From the NCBI GenBank assembly GCA_017546245.1, contig JAFYXI010000034.1:929-64928 (forward strand): a stretch of 64,000 bases of DNA, given 5' to 3'. Below the pieces are notes generated by a model. The model searched no databases. It saw nothing but the letters and a program-made list of their open reading frames with translations, and was not told the origin of the DNA. This stretch comes from Clostridia bacterium. GTDB taxonomy: Bacteria > Bacillota > Clostridia > UBA1381 > UBA9506. Positions 18,269 to 25,303 of the stretch are shown in pieces. The translations under genes were made by a program, and so were the position numbers. Numbering within the stretch: position 1 is the stretch's first letter; each line of letters begins with the position of its first letter.

Positions 18269-21009
18269 TGAAAAAGATACTGTCACTTTTGATAGCATTA
18301 TGCTTAATCTGCTCTATCGTACAGATGCCGGTAATTGCAGAAGAAGATGTTGCTATTGTAAATCCTGAATCAGCTGATACTTTAGAGGCTTTGGGAATAA
18401 TCGAAGGCTTTGGCGGAGACCTTATGCTTGATAAGGTTCTTACAAGAGCCGAATTTGTATCGATGTTAGTAAGAATGCTTAACGCAGATACTTCTAACAA
18501 AACAGTTTATTTTGAAGATGTAAATGCAAGTCACTGGGCAGTTGGCGCAGTTGGTGCAGCCTGCACAATGGGTATTGTTACAGGCGTTGACGATAAACAT
18601 TTTGCTCCTGACGAGCCGCTTGCCTATGAAGAAGCAATAAAAATGCTGGTTGTAACATTAGGCTACGGACCGGCGGCATTAAGAAAAGGCGGTTATCCGG
18701 TCGGTTATCTTACCGTTGCACAGCAGATTGGCTTGCTTAACGGTATTGATGCAAAAGCGGGCTTGCTTGTAAAGCGTGCTTTAGCGGCAGATATAATTTT
18801 TAATGCACTTGATACAAATATCGTAAAAGAACAAGTTATCAGTGACGACGATATTATCGGTAAAGTGTCTGATGGTAAAACTCTTCTTCGCGAAAAAATG
18901 AATGTTTTAAAAGGAACAGGTATTGTTACCGCTAACGAAGTAACCGGTCTTTCGGTTGCAGGCGGTGTATCTAAGGGTATGATAAAAATAGATGATACTC
19001 TGTTTTATGTAGGTGAAACTAATGCGGCAGAGCTTTTAGGTTACGATGTTACATACTATGCTGATTTAGATTCGGCTGACGAAGCTCCTTATAATCTTCT
19101 TTACATTAGAATTAATGAAAGAGAAAACGAGGTTATAAAAATTTCGGCAGAGGATATTCTTCCTACAACTACAACAACCTGTGTTTACTATGTTGATGAA
19201 GACAACGACGAAGAAAGCTACGAGGTTTTGCCTTATGCCGATATGATTTATAACGGCGCAGGTACAGGTGGTTTTAAAGCAAGTGATTTAATACCGGAAT
19301 ATGGCACATTAACTCTTGTTGACAACAACAGAGACGGAGTTGCAGATGTTCTTTTTGTTGACGAATATGAAACAATTATTGTCGGCAAGCTTATGAAAGA
19401 TACATATACTGCATATGACCGTGACAATATGAAAAAGCTTGTAGAGCTTGACCCCGATAGCGACGATTATTCGTTTATAATCTTTAAAAATGGCGAAGAA
19501 GCCGAGTTTAAAGTGGTAAAAGAAGATACCGTTCTTACTGTTGCGACAAGTGCTAATACAAAGGGCCGCAAAAAGATTACTGTAATGGTTTCTGATAAAA
19601 CAGTAAGCGGTGTTTTAGATGCAATAGATGAAGAGTACATCTATATTGATGGTGAGGAATATGAAGTACTCAGCTCACGTCTGGGCGATGTAAGTGCACA
19701 TTTGGGCAGCGAGGTTAAGGCTTATATCGACAGCTTCGGAAGAGTGGTTAGCATAGACGAGGGAGCGGCAATAAGCTACTCCTATGGATATTTAATTGCT
19801 GCAGATACTCCCGAAGATGGTGGTATTGATTCTAACATTACCTTAAAAATTCTTACAGATAAAAGTGCGGTTACTGTATTTAAGTGTGCTAAAGAGGTTA
19901 CATTAGATGGAGGAACCAAGGTAGAGCCTGAAGATTTGCCGACAAAGCTTGCAAATACAACAAGAGCTCAGGGTGCAGGTATCGAGCAGTTAATTCGTTA
20001 TCGTTTAAACAGCAAAAAAGAAGTTTGCGCAATAGATACTGTTGCATCTGGAAGCGGCGGTAACGGCGACAGCTTATCTTTAGATGTTCCCAGAACAACC
20101 CAAACTATGGAAATAGTTGGTGCAACTAATGCTAACTCAAGAAGATATATGAGTGGAGTGCTGGGCGACACTAAAAATGATATCTTGGTTGATGATGATG
20201 TAATTATCTTCCGCATCCCACCGTTAGTTGAAGAAAAAGTTGATGATGGTACGGGGAACCAGGTAAGTGTTTATTATACCAATATGGACGATGCAAGATA
20301 CAGCACCGTTGGTAAAGGCTTTTTGAAGAACTCAAGCTATTACGATGCCGAAGGCTATGATTACGACGAAGATTTGAGCGTTAAAGCAATGGTAATAAGA
20401 GTTCCTGTAAAACAGGCCATGACAGATGGTAACAGAATTACAATAGTAGAAAAGGTTGTTCAAACAGTTGTTAACGGCGAGCTTATATACAAGCTGACAG
20501 GTTACTGTAACGGAAGCTATGTTACAGCCTATACAGACAGTAAAAGTTGTGTAAGCTACAGCAGCGGTAATCTTTATCAGCCGGGCGATATGTTAAGATA
20601 CAGCTTAGACGAGATAACAGAACAAATCGCAGACAGTCAGGAGCCGTATATGACAGGTGCACTCAAGGGCGCTCCTACATTCCCGACTAAGAGCGGTGAA
20701 TATGGTTCAAATACCGGCAAGTTCTTTGTAACCGGTAAAATACATTACGGTTCTATTATCTATAAAAATGGTCTTAACATGATTTTAGATACAACTCCTG
20801 AAAAGGACGATGACGTAGCTACCAGTTGTCAGCCGTTCTTGCTTGTATCATCTACAAGATATTACGTTGTAAGCGAAGCAAGAGGAACAGTTACAAAGGT
20901 TGCAGAAGCAGACCTTGAAAAATACATCTACGGCAGAGGAGAAGACGCAAAGGTTGCTGTTATAGCAGAAAGCGGTTCACCGAAGGATGTAGTAATTTAT
21001 GTACACTAA
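18268..21009 (+). CDS. Secreted protein with N-terminal SLH domains, remainder of unknown function
   Basis: 913 aa with a signal peptide and SLH-like repeats (IIEGFGGDLMLDKVLTRAEFVSMLVRML; VTGVDDKHFAPDEPLAYEEAIKMLV). The ATG overlaps the upstream stop (TAATG). Confidence 0.7.
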   Translation: MKKILSLLIALCLICSIVQMPVIAEEDVAIVNPESADTLEALGIIEGFGGDLMLDKVLTRAEFVSMLVRMLNADTSNKTVYFEDVNASHWAVGAVGAACTMGIVTGVDDKHFAPDEPLAYEEAIKMLVVTLGYGPAALRKGGYPVGYLTVAQQIGLLNGIDAKAGLLVKRALAADIIFNALDTNIVKEQVISDDDIIGKVSDGKTLLREKMNVLKGTGIVTANEVTGLSVAGGVSKGMIKIDDTLFYVGETNAAELLGYDVTYYADLDSADEAPYNLLYIRINERENEVIKISAEDILPTTTTTCVYYVDEDNDEESYEVLPYADMIYNGAGTGGFKASDLIPEYGTLTLVDNNRDGVADVLFVDEYETIIVGKLMKDTYTAYDRDNMKKLVELDPDSDDYSFIIFKNGEEAEFKVVKEDTVLTVATSANTKGRKKITVMVSDKTVSGVLDAIDEEYIYIDGEEYEVLSSRLGDVSAHLGSEVKAYIDSFGRVVSIDEGAAISYSYGYLIAADTPEDGGIDSNITLKILTDKSAVTVFKCAKEVTLDGGTKVEPEDLPTKLANTTRAQGAGIEQLIRYRLNSKKEVCAIDTVASGSGGNGDSLSLDVPRTTQTMEIVGATNANSRRYMSGVLGDTKNDILVDDDVIIFRIPPLVEEKVDDGTGNQVSVYYTNMDDARYSTVGKGFLKNSSYYDAEGYDYDEDLSVKAMVIRVPVKQAMTDGNRITIVEKVVQTVVNGELIYKLTGYCNGSYVTAYTDSKSCVSYSSGNLYQPGDMLRYSLDEITEQIADSQEPYMTGALKGAPTFPTKSGEYGSNTGKFFVTGKIHYGSIIYKNGLNMILDTTPEKDDDVATSCQPFLLVSSTRYYVVSEARGTVTKVAEADLEKYIYGRGEDAKVAVIAESGSPKDVVIYVH

Positions 21010-21048
21010 TTAACTAAAAAGTAAGTCAATAAACCTTCTCATTCATAA

Positions 21049-21082
21049 AGGCAGTTGCACAATTACGTGCAGCTGCCTTTTT
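21049..21082 (+). terminator. Intrinsic terminator ending the SLH operon
   Basis: Stem GGCAGTTGCAC / GTGCAGCTGCC (one G-U pair) followed by TTTTT. Confidence 0.6.
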
Positions 21083-21097
21083 ATAAGCATAAAAAAT

Positions 21098-21240
21098 GGG
21101 CTGTCTCAATAATCATTTTTATGAATATTTATGTACGTGTATTGTAGGGAACGCATTAATGCGTTCCGCGGAATGGATAAATCCATTCCCTACAACCAAA
21201 CGATGCATAATTATTCGCCGTATTGATTGTTGAGACAGCC
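21098..21240. repeat. MITE/REP-like palindromic element, copy 1
   Basis: Terminal inverted repeats GGCTGTCTCAATAATCAT...(imperfect)...TTGAGACAGCC. The cloverleaf core at 21144-21193 is GTAGGG[GAACGCATTAATGCGTTC]CGC[GGAATGGATAAATCCATTCC]CTAC. It is nearly identical, in reverse complement, to 63448-63595. It contains no ORF. Confidence 0.8.
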
Positions 21241-21249
21241 GCCTTTTTG

Positions 21250-24200
21250 TTATTTAACTATATCAACCTCTACATCATTGCACAGAGGTTTAAATGTTCT
21301 GTCTTCCATTATCATAAGCTTGCATATATCAGCATTGCTGTTAGTGTAGCTTATGCTGTTTGCTCCGGCTTGCGGATTTTTAACAGATATTAACTCTACC
21401 ATTTTACCGCTGTCTGAATACAGTGCGGCAAACAGTTTTATATTGTTTGCGCTTACTCCTGCCAGATTAAAGCTTATGGTATTATTCGAAGCTTCGGCAT
21501 CAGATATTGCAAAATCTACCTCTTCCGGCGGATTCGGCAGAGTAGAAATGCCGATTTCTGCTACACAGTCATTTTCAAACGAGAAGGTCACATAATATGT
21601 TATATCCGGTGCGAGCGAGTAGTAATAATCACCGTTTTCGTCGCGTGAGCGTGACATATAGTTGCCGTCTTCGTCATAAACTGACGGGGAATACATAAAC
21701 TCAGGATATGTTATATAGGTTCTGCCCTGTGCATCAGCAGGCTGTGTAAACTCGATAGTTACGTCCTTATATCTTTTATATGTATTACCGTCATGAAGCT
21801 TTACGGGAATTTTAACTGTGTTATATCTTGCCTCTATGGTGTCTTGCATACCTACAGTTACGGTTTTTTCTGCGCCGTAAATTTTTTCTGCTTCGCTATC
21901 TTCGCTGCCTAAGGTTATAAACGGCTTAATGGTGTAGGTTTTGCCTTTTTCTAACAAACTGGTAGCAATAGTTTCGTATGCTTTATCGGTATAATATTTA
22001 TCTACATATCTGATTATTTCAGATTTTGTGATACCTGCATCATTAGTATATTCTATACCGAATTCAAGCTCGTATACTTCGTACGGAGCTGTCACATAGC
22101 ACTCAATTACAGGGCAACCCCAGCTTGCGTCATAATAAACATCAATTAATTCTGTACCAAGCTTTGCCTGCGTGGTTGATTTTTCGAGAGCAAATTTTGC
22201 CTTTGGTGCAGCCCATTCTTCATAACCCTTAAGAGGCTCGGTTATTATAAAAGATTTTCCTGCTTCGAGTTCAAACAGTGAGCGTCCGTCGAAAGCATAT
22301 GTCCATTCGCCGTTTAAGTATATAAGTATATCGGTGTTGCACATTTCGGGTGTTATTACGCGATACAGAGCAGTTTCGGGAATGTCAACCTCGAATATAT
22401 TAACATTTTCGTCGGTTGTATATTCAGTTCCTAAATTAAGTGTTGCTGTTTCGGCTTTTGTAATTACAAGCTCCATATCCTCGCCCGGAACGAGAAGATA
22501 CTGTGTGCCTGCTTTTCCTGAAAAATATGCATCTGTGCCGACCGGAATAGCCAGATAAGATTCTTCGCTTGACGAAACTTCTATCTCTATGGTGTTATCA
22601 GCATAAGCACCGCCGCCTGACGCGCTGCCTGCTAAAAGCTCGATGTCTGCATAATTTTCTTCTGTGTCTTGTCTTGGGATTAATTCAATATTTGCGCTAT
22701 TATCGCCTGAGTTGTCGTAGCCTTCGGGAATGTCAGATTCAGCAGAGCCTGAGCCGTCATTTTCGGGAACAGAAGGCATAGGAATTACAATAGTTGCACC
22801 GCCGCCTGTGCTGCCATCGTCACCGCTTGCAGAGCCGCCTTCACTGCCTTCATCGCCGTTTCCGGTTACCGGTCTGCCCATTCCGCCGGTTCCGCCACTG
22901 CCGCTGTTTGGGTCTTCGGATTCACCGTTGTTTTCGCCATCACCCTCGTCATCTGCGGGCAATATTTTGCTTATTTTATAAAGACCGTCTTCGGGAGCGG
23001 TAAAGTTATAGTAAAAATCTGCCGATACGGTTTTGTTTGTTTCTAATTCTATATCCTGAACAGCAACCGAAACAAGAATAATCTCCATCTGACAAGATTC
23101 ATCGTTATCATAGGTACACTTAATTTCTAACGGCTCTCCTGCTTCGATATATACCAATGTCTTTGTGTAACTGTATTTGCTTACATAAAAGGATTTTTCG
23201 CCTAAAGCAGCCACAATTGAGCTGTAATTATAATCGTAAACTTTTTGCATAGACAGCTCGTAATAGCCGCTTACATCGGCTGTGCAGTATACATAGGTAG
23301 GCTTGTTATTGCCTGCTATATCAACTGTGCCGTTGTCTTTTATATATGGGGTGGTTACTCTAATATCGTTTGTATAACCGTCGCCCGACCATGTGTAATG
23401 AGTGCCTCGTAAGGTGATATATACAGGAATATTCTTTTTAAGCTCAACTGTTACATAGTTAAAGTCTGAATCGTCGGTTTCGTAAAGAACCTCATCGTCT
23501 GTATAGATTTTTATTTCGTTACAGAAGCATCTGTCGCTTGTAAATTTATACAATCCGTCTTCTTCGGGAGTGAATGAAAATGCATATGTTTTTCCTGATA
23601 CCCATTCAAAATATGATTCTACATCATATGTAAGAGCAACAGGGGCAGGGGGAGCATATTTTGAAACGCTTATCTCTGCCGCATCGCTCATTAAGATGAG
23701 CAACCAGTCACCCTTTTCCATTTCGCGTGTTTCGCATGCAAGTTTGCTGCCATCATCATTTACAAAATCGTAACTATCGCATTTTGAAAAATCAAATTCG
23801 TAAGTATCGGTTTCGGGTGCACAAAAAGCAATGTAGTAATAGTAATTTCCGTAACGCGGATATTGTTTAGACGGTGTTACGGGAGTATCAAGACTCATTG
23901 TTTCGATAAATTCGGCATTTAATGTAAATTCCTCGTCGATAACCTCTGCTACAGTGCTTTCATTACTAACTTCTACATAATAGTTTCCTGACGGAAGCAC
24001 ATATGAGGTTTCGTAAATGCTTAAATAATATGTGTCTTCGTCACTTTGCAATACTGCATGCATTCCTGAGCCTTCTAGGGTGATGTATGCCGGTTGCTCC
24101 ACGTTTAAATAAAAATATTTTGACGCATCCTGACCGATATAATAGCTTGTACCATATTCAAGCTCGTCAGGGACTGTGTATGTAACCGAAAGGTCGTATT

Positions 24201-25131
24201 CACCCCTCATATCGGCAGTATCTAAATAGTAAGTGCCGGGGAAGAGCGGCTCTTCAATTGCTTGCCCGTATATTGAGTTCTGTGAATTAAATATGTAATC
24301 ACCATCGCTGTTATAAAGCTTAAAACTGCCGTATAACTCTTCGGGCTGTGAATATTCAAAAGAATACAAGCCGTCTTTAGAGACTGTGAACGAGCAAAGA
24401 CCAATGTAGTCAGATACATTTATCAGCTTGTCTCCGTCAAGCGGATTTGTGGTTATAGTCGGCAGAATATTTGCAGCCGCAGGACCAAAGCTGATGGTGG
24501 TTGACAAATCGCTGCCGTCATATGTGCTTATTAAAAATGTAATGTTTTGCTTTGCAGTATAGTATTCATACTTATCTACATTGTAGTCGCGTGGATATGA
24601 ACCTATTTTTATGTTATTATATTCGTCAGCGGCAGATATGCTGTAAAATCCTGCTGCGGCTGTTGTTACAGTAACTGCTGCACGGCTTTTACCTACTAAA
24701 TCTAAAGTGCCGTTTGGCAGTTCGTCTAAATAAAAGTGAGGCATTCCGTCATCGCTGACAGTAAAGCTTTTTCTCACACCGTCATAGCAGGCATCCCACG
24801 GACAAGAGGTGGTGAACAAAACATATGCCTGATATGTTTCGCCTGCTAAAAGCTCTGAACTGCTGAAGGAGTAGGCATAGGTTCCGCTTGAATGCTGCAT
24901 ATCTTCTGAAATAGGAGTTGTACCTGTTCCTTCGTGATATACCGAAAGCCTGACACCACGGTTTTCGGTGTCGCTGTCGATATAATACGTTATGGTTATT
25001 ATTCCGTCGGCTTCTGTTATGCTTTCTACCTCTGCAAAACAGCACGGACTTGCAAATACGGCTGTGGGCATTATGCTGAAAATGAGCATAAATACAATCA
25101 GCCACGATAATAAATGCTTTAGCTTTTTCAT
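21250..25131 (-). CDS. Giant secreted protein with an N-terminal CC-motif domain, many PPC-like repeats and the C-terminal shared module
   Basis: 1293 aa. Signal peptide then SPCCFAEVESI. There are at least 6 repeats carrying Y-x-F-T-x-P-x-x-G-x-Y-x-F-like strands (YAFSFTPEEDGLYKF, YYNFTAPEDGLYKI...). It has a G/S/D/E-rich linker and is paralogous to ORF 25304-28294. Confidence 0.7.
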   Translation of the reverse strand: MKKLKHLLSWLIVFMLIFSIMPTAVFASPCCFAEVESITEADGIITITYYIDSDTENRGVRLSVYHEGTGTTPISEDMQHSSGTYAYSFSSSELLAGETYQAYVLFTTSCPWDACYDGVRKSFTVSDDGMPHFYLDELPNGTLDLVGKSRAAVTVTTAAAGFYSISAADEYNNIKIGSYPRDYNVDKYEYYTAKQNITFLISTYDGSDLSTTISFGPAAANILPTITTNPLDGDKLINVSDYIGLCSFTVSKDGLYSFEYSQPEELYGSFKLYNSDGDYIFNSQNSIYGQAIEEPLFPGTYYLDTADMRGEYDLSVTYTVPDELEYGTSYYIGQDASKYFYLNVEQPAYITLEGSGMHAVLQSDEDTYYLSIYETSYVLPSGNYYVEVSNESTVAEVIDEEFTLNAEFIETMSLDTPVTPSKQYPRYGNYYYYIAFCAPETDTYEFDFSKCDSYDFVNDDGSKLACETREMEKGDWLLILMSDAAEISVSKYAPPAPVALTYDVESYFEWVSGKTYAFSFTPEEDGLYKFTSDRCFCNEIKIYTDDEVLYETDDSDFNYVTVELKKNIPVYITLRGTHYTWSGDGYTNDIRVTTPYIKDNGTVDIAGNNKPTYVYCTADVSGYYELSMQKVYDYNYSSIVAALGEKSFYVSKYSYTKTLVYIEAGEPLEIKCTYDNDESCQMEIILVSVAVQDIELETNKTVSADFYYNFTAPEDGLYKISKILPADDEGDGENNGESEDPNSGSGGTGGMGRPVTGNGDEGSEGGSASGDDGSTGGGATIVIPMPSVPENDGSGSAESDIPEGYDNSGDNSANIELIPRQDTEENYADIELLAGSASGGGAYADNTIEIEVSSSEESYLAIPVGTDAYFSGKAGTQYLLVPGEDMELVITKAETATLNLGTEYTTDENVNIFEVDIPETALYRVITPEMCNTDILIYLNGEWTYAFDGRSLFELEAGKSFIITEPLKGYEEWAAPKAKFALEKSTTQAKLGTELIDVYYDASWGCPVIECYVTAPYEVYELEFGIEYTNDAGITKSEIIRYVDKYYTDKAYETIATSLLEKGKTYTIKPFITLGSEDSEAEKIYGAEKTVTVGMQDTIEARYNTVKIPVKLHDGNTYKRYKDVTIEFTQPADAQGRTYITYPEFMYSPSVYDEDGNYMSRSRDENGDYYYSLAPDITYYVTFSFENDCVAEIGISTLPNPPEEVDFAISDAEASNNTISFNLAGVSANNIKLFAALYSDSGKMVELISVKNPQAGANSISYTNSNADICKLMIMEDRTFKPLCNDVEVDIVK

Positions 25132-25234
25132 AATAGTTTAATCACCTTTCTTGGTATATAAATAGGTGTTTCGGATTTTTCCGCAACGTACAATATTATA
25201 ACAAAATTAGCATTTTTAGTCAATAATTATTAAA

Positions 25235-25275
25235 TAAAAAACCTTACACAAATATGTAAAATATTTGTGTAAGGT
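25235..25275 (-). terminator. Intrinsic terminator after the 996-aa exoprotein gene
   Basis: 15-bp perfect stem ACCTTACACAAATAT / ATATTTGTGTAAGGT. On the minus strand it is followed by a T-run (plus-strand AAAAA at 25236-25240). Confidence 0.65.
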
Positions 25276-25303
25276 TTGTGTTATTCAATTAAACTGACAA
25301 GGT

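Noticed and set aside
22569-23003. Three overlapping plus-strand ORFs (70-83 aa, Pro/Arg/Cys-rich)
   Set aside because: They are antisense artefacts of the GC-rich G/S/D/E linker of the 1293-aa gene. Their composition mirrors the complementary low-complexity codons.
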